Positions 12,516-25,428 of a stretch of 63,865 nucleotides of DNA are shown here, piece after piece; position 1 is the stretch's first letter, and every line of letters begins with the position of its first letter. Origin of the DNA: Octopus bimaculoides (lineage: Eukaryota); NCBI RefSeq assembly GCF_001194135.2, contig NC_068985.1, positions 106,013,424 to 106,077,288 on the forward strand, written 5' to 3'. The notes under the pieces were generated by a model. It did not search any database. It saw only the letters and a program-made list of their open reading frames with translations, and was not told the origin of the DNA. Made by a program: the position numbers and the translations under genes.

Positions 12516-12986
12516 GTGAGACTAGTATAATATAATATTATATGTGTCAACATTATCATTTTATATTTTGTTTTTCTGTTGGCATGAGTAAGACTGGTCT
12601 CACGGTATCTTATCACTTGACCCAGTCTTTTGTCATTTAGTACATGCCACAACAAAACTGCCATCATTGTTATTTTGTATGTCATGTTTTATTGTTTGTT
12701 GATTATTTTTTTACAGCCAACACCAACCTCTTTACAACATGGACTGGGTGTATTTTAGCATGCTTCAAGTAGTATCTTGGTAGATTGTCTACAGATGGAC
12801 TAATAGCTCCCATCTACTCTGTATCAGTGTTTACACTCAGAGTTAATTCTACTAGACAAATTGCCCACACTGCAGCTTGAGCAATCTCTCCTCTATTATC
12901 ACTGTTTGTTCAGAGTGCTTTAAATTGTCTTTATTATATGAAATAATAAATTACATGTTTGTTCTTGTTTTTGTTTTTCTGGACAG

Positions 12987-13070
12987 GACCAGGAATTTTT
13001 ATTTGGAGAAAATCTCTACTTGGCAACTCTAGAACGTTCACAGTACCTTGCTGATTACACATTCAGATGA
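12987..13070 (+). CDS. FBF1: FBF1 terminal coding exon
   Basis: tttttctggacag|GAC. Encodes DQEFLFGENLYLATLERSQYLADYTFR*, matching the conserved FBF1 C-terminal motif DRDFLENEQFFLETL; ends TGA. Confidence 0.9.
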   Translation, partial: DQEFLFGENLYLATLERSQYLADYTFR

Positions 13071-13442
13071 TTCTTGTACCCAGACCTGCCATCTCTATTT
13101 ATGAAAACCATTCAGAATCTTAATTCACATATATATAAAGCTCTCTGAGTCATGTACAAACATGATATCAAAGCCATTGCAAGACCTCTCTGTCAGAGCA
13201 TTGACACTGAGGCCATTTATCTTATTGTGCCACATGTCACTTCAGTGTTGACAAATCATTCCATGCTAATACCAAATAGTCACCAAAACGTTATCAAACC
13301 TAATAATCCTATTTATATTTTGACATCTTTATATGATTTATACATCAGTATTGCTTTCCTGTTTTGGTGGGGGTGGGTTTTAACATAGCTCTTATTATAA
13401 TAATTTATATCATTTTGTAAAAATACTTTACATACATTTCTT

Positions 13443-13448
13443 AATAAA
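13443..13448 (+). promoter_or_regulatory. Candidate FBF1 polyadenylation signal
   Basis: AATAAA about 370 nt after the stop, followed by a GT/T-rich tract (ttttcgtgttgtttt). Confidence 0.45.
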
Positions 13449-13699
13449 ACAGAAATCATGACTTTTCGTGTTGTTTTAATAATTTACCAAGTGTGTGTGT
13501 GTGTGAAGGAGTACATCACGTTTGTGTTTTGATTAAAAAAACATTCAGTCAGATATAGAAAAACAAAATCTGCCGATAAAAATCAACAGATATGGATTAT
13601 ATGCAACAAATTTTCATTTCTTTTAATCCCAGATCTGCTTATGATGATGATAAATGATAATCATTGTTCACTGGGTGTTTCATGCAAGGACAAATGCAT

Positions 13700-13732
<33 letters not shown>

Positions 13733-15649
13733 ACTGTCATCATGTTAATGTCCACTTTCCATGCTTGCATGGGGCAGACGGAATTCATTGAGGCAAATTT
13801 TCTACATCCAGATATTCTTTCTGTAGCCAAAACAGTCAGGACATGGTTATGAGTCGTTTCTGTTCATGAAGATCACACAGCATGTCAAGACATGTCAAGA
13901 AGTCCAGATGTAATTTCACGGTTTATTGCTTTTGTTTACAGTCAGTGGACAAGTAAAGACAGGCGAAATACACAGATACATGCATGCACACACACACATA
14001 CAAAACTCTTTGCTGACCAAAGCTTTGTGACTAGATTTGATATACAGAAAATGAAAGAAAGTCGTGTGTAAACATATATATATATATAAGGGCAACATAT
14101 TTTCAACAGTATTCAACAATATTTTACTTGAGATAATAATTTGATACACATTTGAAATCGCAACTGAAAAGACTTGCTGCAGTTACAGAAATGCAATATT
14201 GCATGGCACTTGTAAAACAGATCAGAAAATATTACAAAATTAAAGATGAGCAAAAATAAATATATTACAATAATGATGAATCAGCAACAATGATTTGGTA
14301 GAGGTAAATATTTTTTAAAATATACAAAATTCATATGGAAATATCTGAAGAAAAAAAATAAAAGCATGAAATTTATGCAATTTCAAGCATAAGATGAAAG
14401 AAAAATATTATATTAAAGACATGTCTGTACCCACCAATCATCTACCATAGATATTCATCATAGTTTTTTTTTTTTTTTCTTCTGATGAGCTGTTTTAAAA
14501 AGGGGAAGAAGAAATAACAAAACAACCCTTAGGGTAAGAAATGTCCAGTAAAATGGAAGAGAAAAATGTTACGAGAGAACTCTAGTAAGAATAGTCTTGT
14601 GGGAAGCTAAAATAGAATTTTAAAAAATGAGTATTGAATCAATGATTTGATGACCAAGCTGAAAGTATTGGTTTCAGACAAATAGTGATGATGACTGACA
14701 GTGCTGGCTGTCTAGATGTGTCATTTGATGACATAAAGAAGAATACATGGAGATATTTCATATAAATAATCAAATATAAAACAAGTCTTTCATATATGGC
14801 ACCATTTTTTTTTTAGATTAAATATTATTTACTAACAACAAAAAGCTGTATAAAAATGGTTTTAAGGCTATTGAAGCAATATAGAAATAGTTTTAAGAAA
14901 ATAGCAAATTGATTTTCTCCTTTAGTTAAAGCTTATATGAAATAATCTCTTGGGTAAAAGTACAAAATTGTAGAATTTTACAAATTTGTCATATTTAAAT
15001 CCATTAAAACTTGTATAATTATCTGCAAATAACCAGGAATATTGAAAGATCTTCAAATAGAATAATAATGATCATCATCATTTTGCACCTAATTTCTTAC
15101 TTTTCCATGGTGGCATGGACTGGACACGTTACTAGAACCCAAGTCATTCAGAGTTACTACTCCTCTAGATGTACTTCATTTCCAATCTTCTGTGAAAACA
15201 TGTCTGGCTATAAGGAAATAAAAACTTGCAGGAAAACAGGTGATGGCTGGTTACAGAAAGGTATCCAGTCATAGAAAATCTGCAGATATGGATATAAACT
15301 CTGTCCAATCCATGCAAGCATGGACAGGGGACCATTAAAACAATGATTCACAAATGTATTATCATCATTTAATGTTCTTGTATCATGCTGGCATGGGTTG
15401 AATGGTTTGACAAGATCTGGTAAGCTGCAAAGCTACACTTAGCTCTTGTGTCAGCTTTGGTATGGTTTCTATGGCTGGAAGCCCTTCTTTATGCTAACCA
15501 CTTTACAGTATGTATTGAGTGCTTTTCTTTAATGCTACCAGCACTAGTGAAGTTGCAAGACATAAAAAGAATAGTGGATAAAGGAAGGAAAAAATCCTAT
15601 GAGTATTTGACAGGTAAGTGGCTTTATGCCAGGCTTTGAAAGACTAAAG

Positions 15650-16290
15650 TATGATAGAAGAGCAAGCACAGGTGTCTTGCTATAAAGGAGACCTGGCTAT
15701 CCAATATTATATAAGGGTGGGTGGGAGTCGCTGAGAAGACAAAGATTGTAGCGAGGGGATGATGGAGCAAACTCTCATGGTACAAGTAGGTGAGCAGGAA
15801 AGAGGATATGGACAATGGATGAAAGCGCGAGTAGTTTCAAAAGTGTGAGAGGAGATAACAGATGGTTAGAGGGGGGAGGTTAAGGTAGTGAATGATGAAC
15901 AAGTGGGGAAGTGCAGTTGATGGGAAATAGTATGGGGATGAATAAGGTGAGAAATATAAGTGGCTAAGAGAGGAGGAGGATAGCTCAGAAGATGTAAGAG
16001 TGATGGGGAGGAAGATGTAGGGTTGTTATAGTGTGTGGGTGTGATGGTTGATATGAGAAGGGTGTTAAAATGGAATATGGCAGAGGAGAGAAATAATTGA
16101 AGGCACAGAAAGGAAGTGATCAATGAAATTAGAGTGAGAAGGGAAGAGAGGATAATAAGGGATAGAAGGTTCCAATGGGAGGTGGAGAAGGCAACATAGT
16201 GCAAAGAAATGAGGAGAGAGTAAATATGTGCCAATTCTGCCCTGAAGATTACAGTTGCCGAGTAGTGCCATAGAAAGAGGAGTGATAGAG
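15650..16290 (-). mobile_element. Possible ancient LINE (endonuclease-region) remnant
   Basis: Strongly purine-skewed non-tandem block; the minus-strand peptide has weak resemblance to APE motifs. Similar skewed blocks lie at 3720-4230, 11400-11880, 28960-29470, 34400-34800 and 48100-48420. Confidence 0.3.
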
Positions 16291-18489
16291 AGCTAGGTGT
16301 TAGTGAAATGAAATGTGGGGATGCTGGATGCAGCAGAGTGGATTACAAGCTTGAACAGAAAGCTTTTAGGACATCATTTTTTGTTGTAATAGACTGGTCT
16401 TCTTGAGCACAGCAAACTGCCAATCGTCTCAGTTTTTCGTTAACTATTCCATGAGGATCAGGATCAATCTTAACAAAATTAATCACAGAGTGACTCAAGG
16501 GCTGAGGGTTCCATGCAGGTGACTCAGTCAAATTACAATATTACATATGCTTTAACTTCTTTGATTATTTCAATAGGCTTAAAACCTACAAAATCTAGAA
16601 TTTATCATTAATGGGTTTTTATTATATTCATAGTCCAAATTAGATCAAGTTGATTTATTTATTTCAATAGTCCACTTGTTTATTATTGCTATTATTTATT
16701 TTTGTTTTTTATTTTACTATTATTAATTTTGTAGTGTAGATTACATTGAATAATAATTTTTTTTGTTTTGTTTTTGGTCAGTGAGTGTTATTTCCTATTT
16801 GCTTCTATCTAGAAATCAAAGGAAATGACTACTATTCCCTTTAAATTTTGTTTCTGAGACCTGGACATCATTGTTTTGAAACTGACCCATTTTCCATTAC
16901 ATTTCTGATAGATTCAGTGCTGAGTTGCTGAAACAGAAATATCATTATAGCAAATATTTACTTGTCAGTGGTTTGGCCTTAACCACTTGAGCATGCCTCT
17001 TAGTGGCTGGCAATACATGCATCTCTGATCATGAGCAGGAGTAGTGGGGGAGCATTATAGCTATGTGTTGAGAGGCATACTTTGAGGTTTGAATAAATGT
17101 AACAAAAGCAAAGTTTGAAGGAAATATTAGCCATTTTTCATACTTTCTAGGAGTAAGCAAAGAGGAGATAACAGTTACTACTGAAAGACAAAAATCATGT
17201 TACAGTGTTATTTGGTTCTGACCATGTAATTTACCTTTCACTTTACTATAATTTTTGCTTGGTCATGATTTCCAGAAATATAAGGGTAGCATTAAATATT
17301 ATATATCTTCCAGGTACTCTTAGTTAAAAAATGAAGAAGACAGAAATCAATTGAGTGTTCTGTACATCATGAGATGTAAAGTTACGTAATGTATTCATCA
17401 TCTTTATCAGCATCATCTTTTAACATCCATTTTCCATGTTGGCATGGGTTGGACAGTTTTACCAGAGCTGGCAAGCAGGAAAGCTGCACCAGGTTCCAGT
17501 GTTATTTGGCTTGGTTTTCATGGCTGGATACCCTTCCTAACACCAGCCACCTTACAGAGTATGGTGGGTGCTTTTCACATGGCACCACCCTTTGGTTTGT
17601 TAATCAAGGAGATAAATTCTATATAAGTATTATATGCGTATACATACATGTGTGTGTGTGCATTCACATATATATGTATGTGTATCTACCGAATACGCCA
17701 GTGTATCAAACGAGCATTTTTATTCTGAAATGTAACAAAAAAATTGGTATGCATCTAATGCAATTGTATTATGGGTGGGATAGTGAGTGGATGAGTGTAT
17801 GATGAAGCATATTAAATTCGTTTATACACAAAATATACTTTTTCTCCACAAAAAAGTATGGGTTTGTCTTATGAAAGAGTGTGTCTTATAGACCTGCAAA
17901 TACAGTGTGTGTTTGTGTGTATGCATGCATAAAAGTACCCACAATACCCTGAGAAACAGGAAGAAACTGAAATGTTATACTTCTTAGTTTGTTTCTTTAC
18001 ATCATCGTTAAGCACTGATTCACAGACCTTTATATGTAACCAATGAAACATCAATATTAAAGCTGTGTAGCAGAGTGGGAGTCCAAACTGATATCATAAT
18101 ATATGTAGACTGATATAGACAGAAGACGTAGACACTTGAAAACAGAAACAGAATCATGAAGTGGTAAAGAAGGTGACGTTTTTGAGAAAGAAGAAATAGT
18201 TTTGTGGACAGATATTTTCTGAGAAACGGAGGGAATCTTTTGAAGAATTATCAACATAATCATAATTTTCCATCATTGAATGTTGATTGGTTTCAGCATT
18301 ACAATTCACAGTTTCATCTTCTCAATTACACAGTTTGGTAGCAAATTAAACAGCTATTCCTCTATGAAGGTTATGCAAATTTGAACCAGTTTTCTTTTGT
18401 CTTCAATGTTTTAGTTTGGATGTAGCAACATTTAAAGTGGAAAGGCCATGGCCAAAATTATTGAGGACACTCCTTTGCACATACACTTT

Positions 18490-19313
18490 TTTTTTTCTTT
18501 CTTTCTCTCTCTCTTTCTCTCTGATCTGAGATACAGTGGGATTGAATAATTTAGTGCTAGTTATTATTATTATTATTATCAATCCATATTAATGAAAACT
18601 CTGTCAAAATTTATTCAATTGTCATTAATATCTGTATTAATAGTGGTAACAAAGCTATTTGAGGGCTCTCTTTCACTCTCTCTCTCTCTCTCTCTGATCA
18701 AAGCTAAGATAGGGGTTAATCAATTTAGCACTAGTTATAATTAATCCATATTAATGAAAACACTAACTGCACAGCGTTGAAGAGTCAGTTATATTTGTAA
18801 GTAGTGGTAACTAAGTTATTAGGGGCTCTCTTTCACTCTCTCTCTGATCAGAGATACAGAGTGAATTAATGAATTTAACATTAGATATTATTATTATTAA
18901 TGCATATTATTGAAATAACTGTCAGCATTGGTTAAATTGTCATTAATATTTATACTAGTGATGGTAACAAAGTTATCGTTGGTTCTTTTTTTGCTCTCTC
19001 TCTCTCTCTCAGATCAGAGGTAAGATGGGAGCTAATGAACTTAGTGTTAGTTAGTATTATTAACCCATATTATTGAAACCACTGTGAACAGTGGTTAAAT
19101 TGTTGTTAATGGTTATACTAGTGGAGTTAACAAAGTTATCGTGGGTTACCTTTCGCTCTCTTGCTCAGATCAAAGATAGGATGGAAATTAATGAATTTAG
19201 CATTAGTTATTATTATTAGCCCATATAAGTGAAAATGCTGTCAAAATTTCTTGAACTGTCATTAACACTTGTATTAGTAGTGGCAACAAGGTTATCAAAA
19301 GCTCACTTTTACA

Positions 19314-19364
<51 letters not shown>

Positions 19365-19470
19365 CAGAAATACAGTGGAGTGTATGAATTTAGTGCTTGT
19401 TATTAAATATTATCAAAATCACTGTTGGCTGTGGTTGAATTATTGTTAATGTTTATATTGGTGGTATTGG
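18490..19470 (-). repeat. Tandem array of about 150-190 bp units (5 full + 1 partial) in the ARRDC 3' UTR, overlapping the stop codon
   Basis: Units start at (t/a)gatca near 18522, 18695, 18845, 19011, 19168 and 19361, each with a CT microsatellite and conserved 'atgaattta...atatta.tgaaa...agtggtaacaa' blocks. Confidence 0.9.
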
Positions 19471-19677
19471 TGGTGGTGATGGTGGTAGTACGGCTTGAAT
19501 GATTCATCAATTCAGTCAGTTCATCATCAGTAGGGAAACTGGGTGTGTAAGAAGGGATTGGTGGCTTCTCCATAGGTACAGTACCTAATTCCACTTTCTC
19601 CTTTTGTATGTTCTGTGAAGATGAGGCTCGTGCTGCAGCCAGATCTTGCAAGAGACATTCTGTGTAGGACGGAGGGT
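19403..19677 (-). CDS. ARRDC: ARRDC terminal coding exon 7 (phase 1 start), PPSY motif
   Basis: tttcattacag acceptor. Encodes (D)PPSYTECLLQDLAAARASS...KPPIPSYTPSFP...NSDFDNI*. Total CDS 1350 nt = 449 aa + stop with the shorter exon 6. Confidence 0.88.
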
Positions 19678-19911
19678 CTGTAATGAAATAGCAAAATAAC
19701 TTTTAAGATACATAAGGAAAAATAAAATCTATATAGGCACAAGCATAGCTGTGTGGTTAAAAAGCTTGGTTTGCAAAACCACAAGGTTTGGGGTTCAGTC
19801 CCACTGCTTGGCAACTTGAGCAAGTATCTTTTAGCATAGCTCTAAGCCTTGTGAGAGAATTTAGACTGAAACTGTGTAGAAGCCTCTCATATATATATAT
19901 TTATATATATA

Positions 19912-19947
<36 letters not shown>

Positions 19948-20080
19948 CAATGGTCTTCTTTCAGTTTCTGCCTGCCAAATCCACTCAGAAGGGTTTGGCA
20001 GACCAAGTGCTACACAGTAAGAATGAACCCAGAACCATGACGTTGTGAAGCAAATTTCTACCCACACAGTCACACCTGCA

Positions 20081-20143
<63 letters not shown>

Positions 20144-21219
20144 CTTTGCTTGATTCCCTTCTCAACTGAAATTCATATATGCAAGTGTGACGTAGGATAT
20201 TAAGAATATTGATTGGCGACAACACAAAGGGCCTGAGAAAGATCCATTTTAGAAATATTTTGCAAGAGCATATCTAAAATGATGTGATTTGGAAAAGGAG
20301 TAATGAACGATGTGATCACAGAAAACTGAGAGCATGAGTTCCACTGGGCCAAACATGTCAGAATGTTCACAGACAGCAGGTGGACTTTTGAAGTTGCCAA
20401 ATAGTATCCAAAAGATTGGAGAAAGCCATTCAGAAGGTGTCCACAATAATGGGAAGAGAATTTAGTTCAACAATTTAGGCCAAGGTGGAAAAGAAAGGCA
20501 CAATCAAGAAAGAATTGGAAGTGCTTTATTACCAGCAGTACATAACATCTGATAGTCTGGTTATACAATGAATGGATGAATGAATGGATGGATGGATGGA
20601 TGGATGGATAAATGAGTGAATGTGTTTGTCAACCACTACTACTCGACAACTGGTGTTGGTTTGTTTACATCCCTGTAACTTAGTGGCTCCATAAAAGATA
20701 CTGACACAATAAGTACCAGACTTAAAAAATAAGTACTGAACTGGGGTCGATTTGTTCAAATAGACCTTTCAAGGCAGTACCCCAGCATGGTCACAAGCCT
20801 ATGAGTAAACATGTAAACGACAAAAAAGGTAAACAGATTACACGTGTATTTTTGGTGCACATAACTAAAATTGGTTTCTAATTTAGGTAAAATTTTGAGC
20901 GGAGCAAACTAGTCAACACCATCAACACTAGTTCTTGACTAGTACTGTATTTTATCAACTCCCAAAAGGATGAAAAACAGAGTTGAACTTGTGGAGTTTG
21001 AACTCAGAGCATAATGAACAGAAACAAATACCACAGCATTTTTTTGTTAAAGCTTTAATGATTATGCCATCATGTCATGTAATACTTTCCACATAGGCTT
21101 CAGACAAGATGGTCCTTTCCTCCAGTTTTGTAACATGAACCAATGAAAGATGACTCTTTCTCCTTGAACAAAGCACCTGTCTATTGCAGCTAACACTTCC
21201 AGACGATCTGCTGCCTATT

Positions 21220-21454
21220 TCTTATTTCTTTATTGCCCACAAGGAGCTAAACATAGAGGGGACAAACAAGGACAGACAAAGGGATTAAGTCGATTACATC
21301 GACTCCAGTGCGTGACTGGTACTTAATTTATCGACCTCCGAAAGGATGAAAGGCAAGGTCGACCTCGGCGGAATTTGAACTCAGAACGTAACGGCAGACA
21401 AAATACCACTAAGCATTTCGCCCGGCGTGCTAACATTTCTGCCAGCTCACTGCC
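21220..21454 (-). mobile_element. Full-length tRNA SINE, same family
   Basis: Near-identical to 44856-45082. Older copies lie at about 915-1117, 5278-5470, 5480-5640, 20880-21080, 23700-23910, 23955-24150 (all -), 33900-34115 (+) and 44660-45720 (-). Confidence 0.88.
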
Positions 21455-21564
21455 TTTCTAATGCTGCTTATTTCTGCTGCTTATTTCTAATGACTAGATA
21501 AACTGCAGTAAGGTAGAACATAGTATTCTTTAACTTGCAAGCTCAATACCTAATTCATAATAAA

Positions 21565-21880
21565 GGTGCATGGTTTAGTAGTTAGGGTATTTAGCTCATG
21601 ATCATGAGGTCATGTGCTCGATTCCCAGCCACACATGTGTCCTTGAACAAGATACTTTATTTTACATTGCTCCAGTCCACTCAGCTCGCAAAAATGAGTA
21701 GTACCTGTAATTTGAAGCCTTGTCACATTCTGTCATGCTGAATCTCTTTGAGAACAACATTAAGGCCATGCGTGTCTGTCATGTGCTCAACCACTTACAT
21801 GTTAATTTCCTGAGTAGGCAGGCTGTTCCATTGGTCAGATCAACTGGAACCCTTGTCGTTATAACCAACAGAGTGCCAGA
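21565..21880 (+). mobile_element. tRNA-headed SINE, third family
   Basis: tRNA-like head (ggtcatgtgctcgattcccag), then ttacattgctccagtccactcagct...gatcaactggaacccttgtcg. A diverged relative lies at about 62985-63782, split by the TIR element. Confidence 0.7.
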
Positions 21881-22668
21881 TTTTTACCTAACCAACACAG
21901 CCATCTTCATGATAATTCTTATAACAAGGCTAACAAAATCACATCTTACATATACTGTCTCTAATGAAGCCAGTGAAGGAGCCTCCCCATAGTCACAGGG
22001 CTTGCTGAAAATAACAGAGAGAAGAATAAGATGCAACAAGTAAGAGAGAAACATGAGCTGATACAGGTAGATTGGTATAATTGAAATAACAGATTTGTGT
22101 TGCACCTGGTCTTTTGGCTGACTGATTACTGTTAAATTTTTCAGACCAAGATTTACAGTAAAAAAAACCAAGTCAACTTATACACCAAGACGACTTCGGA
22201 GGACCAAAAGTTCCATGTGAAATGCAGCAAGATTTGGAATGATAGTGACGATGTTTGAATGTTTATGCTACATATTTATACTATATACAATGTCGAGTTG
22301 TATGCCAGAAAATCTGGGAAAATGTGTGTTATAGGATGTTCAATCAGAGCTGGCTTTTTGGTCACATAACAACCAAGTGATACAAGAAAGATGTAGAGAT
22401 GTTGGAAGAAAAGCTCACAACGAAAATGCTTAGAGTATGTAAGGTGGTTGGTGTTAGGAAGGGCATCCAGCTGTAAAAACCCAGTCCTTATCAAACCGTT
22501 CAATCCATACCAGCATGGGAAACAGACATTAAGTGGTGATGATGATGATGATGATGATGTTGATCACAGATAAGAAGAGTCTTAGATTCCACACAATAAA
22601 TTTACAAACAGACAAAAGTGAATAAACAAGTGCCACATTACCCTCGGAGAGAAAATCTATAATGAAAC

Positions 22669-22879
22669 CTGGTGGAGGTGGAGGCATACGACCAGGTTGG
22701 ATTCTGACAACTGACTGAGATAGTGGTGGTGGTGGTAAATTTGTTGCAGCATTTTGTAAAGCATCCTGTGCAGCATTGACTTCTGATTGTGGTACAGAGA
22801 CACCTGTGTAAGGTATTGTTCCAATGATAATATCATGTTCCAAAGGCTCAGAGCAACAACCTACATGTTCTGGTAGAAA
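22669..22879 (-). CDS. ARRDC: ARRDC coding exon 6 (phase 0/1; an alternative donor would extend it to 22642)
   Basis: ttcttgtag acceptor. Encodes FLPEHVGCCSEPLEHDIIIGTIPYTG...GRMPPPPP, containing the lp..IGTiP motif. Two in-phase donors (G|gtttca and G|gtaatg). Confidence 0.85.
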
Positions 22880-23424
22880 CTACAAGAAAAAAAGACACAA
22901 ATAATAAAACATTTTGATTAATGTACAAGGGTATACAGACATTCATGAATGCAAAAAGATTTGGGATGTAATTCTCCTCAAAGAATTAGAAAACCAAAGA
23001 AATTAATCAAGAAGTTAACTAAGAAGTTAGATTATGTTTACATTTATTTTTGCTTATCATATTTGTTGAATTTAAAGAAATGGATATTATGTTTTGATTT
23101 TGCTTTGCCACTATTAAACTCCATCGAAATATAAATAAGCAACTTTGAGATTACTTAAAGGGGTGTCTCAATTATCTATTGACAACCTCTTAATTACATA
23201 ATTAATACATCTAAATTATATAAATTATATTTCTAAATTATCTAGCAGATAACCTATAAGCTACTATAACCAAGTCTAGCATAGTAGGCAATTTCTGAGC
23301 CACTGTGGTCAGGCCTATTAGGTAATGTACCTATCAGAAAAGGGAAGGTAGAGCGAGAGTCACTGTCAAGCAATTATAAAATAAATGATGCTAAGTAAAG
23401 AGTTATTTAACAAATAAATGTTAC

Positions 23425-23640
23425 CTGAACTCGGTAGATGACATTGATGAATTCACAGCCCTCAAGATGAGACGTAGCAACTGGAGGGATTCGAACTTTT
23501 TCTGTAGCTTTATACTGTTCATATGGTTGTACTTTGCCTGTCTTGTAGATGTCAATATAATTCTTCTCTTTTTTCACTTTGGTAAAATCATATGAATCAG
23601 GATCTACACCATCAGTTCTTCTAGCAGAAAATACTACGAT
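23425..23640 (-). CDS. ARRDC: ARRDC coding exon 5 (phase 0/0)
   Basis: ttttattcag acceptor, CAG|gtaac donor. Encodes IVVFSARR...KVRIPPVATSHLEGCEFINVIYRVQ, with the arrestin_C IPp..ps.l..C.iI.v.Y motif. Confidence 0.92.
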
Positions 23641-24154
23641 CTGAATAAAAGAAAAACACAAACAAAAAATATCACGTGATAAATCTAATAATAGTTGTTT
23701 CAAATTTTGATACAAGGCCAATAATTTTAGGGGATGGGCTTGTTCAATTACATTGACCCCCATTGCTTAACTGGTACTTATTTTATTAAGCCTTGAAAGG
23801 ATGAAAAGCAAAGTCAAACTTGGTGGAATTTGAATTGAAAATGTGAACCGGAAGAAATGCTACTAAATATTTCGTCTGATGTGCTAACAAATCTGCCAGT
23901 TCACCTCCGCCATAATAATAATTAATAGTAATAATAATGATGATGATGATTTCAAATTTTTGTAAAAGGCCAGCGATTGGGGGGGGGATAAGTTAATTAC
24001 ATCGACCCCAGTGCTTGACTGGTATTTATTTTATTGACGCTCAAAATGATGAAAGGTAAAGCCAACCTCAGCAGAATTTGAACTCAGAATGTAAAGATGA
24101 ACAAAATGCCACTAAGTATTTTATCTGATGTGCTAACAATACTGATAACTCACC

Positions 24155-24169
24155 ACTGCAACTGCAACT

Positions 24170-24206
<37 letters not shown>

Positions 24207-24219
24207 CAACAGCAACAGC

Positions 24220-24252
<33 letters not shown>

Positions 24253-24255
24253 AAT
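24155..24255. repeat. (CAG)n(CAA)n compound microsatellite, intronic
   Basis: Direct inspection. Confidence 0.9.
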
Positions 24256-24368
24256 GTTGTAGCCCAATAGGGCATTTAAGGTTACTTGTTATAGCCCGAT
24301 GTTAGGATTTTTTCTTTTCAAACAGTCAAATCTGTTGAGTGTATATGAAAATAATAATAATAATAATG

Positions 24369-24720
24369 TACAGACTACTAAAAGACGAAATTGCAAGAAT
24401 GTGGACGATGAGGAGAGTGTCTGTCATTCCAGTAATTTTAGAGGCCTTGGAGAACTAATAACCAAGTTCGAGAAATATGTCAAAGAAATCGGAAATGACA
24501 CGAGAGTAGAGCAAGCCCCAAAAACTGCTCTACTGGGGATAGCTAGGCTTTTGAGATTGATGCTTGGATGCTGAATGTCTCTTATGATAATTAACAACCA
24601 AATATCAAAGCTTATAATGTGCAGAAAGAGACCCTGTGAGACCTCTAATGGAAGGCTGCTGTCCACTTTCACAGAGTCTACCAGGACAAACAAAACCAAA
24701 TGTTCTGAGAAGCAAAACAA

Positions 24721-24722
<2 letters not shown>
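24369..24722 (+). mobile_element. R4/Dong-type 3' fragment, subfamily A
   Basis: Encodes YRLLKDEIARMW...VIPVI..ALGELITKFEKYV...KTALLGIARLLRLMLGC* plus 3' UTR. (AAT)n on both sides. Confidence 0.7.
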
Positions 24723-24753
<31 letters not shown>

Positions 24754-24754
<1 letters not shown>

Positions 24755-25330
24755 TTGAAGGATTTCACACAAAAATCATGCCTCCTCATTGATATGACTG
24801 TCTCAATTGACATAAATCTATGTGTCAAGACCTAAAAACTGAGCAAATATAAAGACCTTGAAATAGAAATTGGCAAAATGTGGATCTTCAAGACTAAAAC
24901 AATACCTATTGTCATAGGTTCCCTAGGAATGATAACAAAAGGGGTTGATTTCTACCTATCCCAGATACCAGAAAATCCAAAAATAGAAGAAATTCAGAAA
25001 ATAGTGCTCATGGGAACTGCTTTTTTCTTACGAAAAATATTGTCTGTAATTCTAAAACCATTTTAATCTGTAAACAATGTTAAAAGTACTCTTAAATGTA
25101 CATAATAGTAAACACCTTTTACTGTCATTTTAACATCACACTATCATCTTATCTTATCTTATTTAAAACAAACTTCTAATTTTCTCATGTTTTGACTGAC
25201 ATTTTCTGGAACAATACTCTGTGCAAAACCAAAGATATGGCAACCCAGTCATAAGACCAGCTTGAACTTCTAACTTGTTGTTTCTTGAGGTCTCTGGGTC
25301 AGCTTGTACAAATACAAAGCAAAAACCAAC
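24754..25330 (+). mobile_element. R4/Dong-type 3' fragment, subfamily B
   Basis: Encodes CLLIDMTV...KLSKYKDLEIEIGKMW...TIPIVIGSLG...EIQKIVLMGTAFFLRKIL plus 3' UTR. Bounded by (AAT)n and (AAC)n/(AAT)n. Confidence 0.8.
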
Positions 25331-25397
25331 CAACCAACCAACCAAACAAACAAACAAACAAACAAAAATAATAATAATAATAATAATAGTAATAGTA

Positions 25398-25428
<31 letters not shown>

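Noticed and set aside
21950-22004. Exon-like segment on - (KPCDYGEAPSLASLETVY) with good AG/GT sites inside ARRDC intron 6
   Set aside because: It is phase 2/0 while the flanking exons need 1/1, the phase-1 reading hits a stop, and the sequence matches a fragment of an interspersed repeat.
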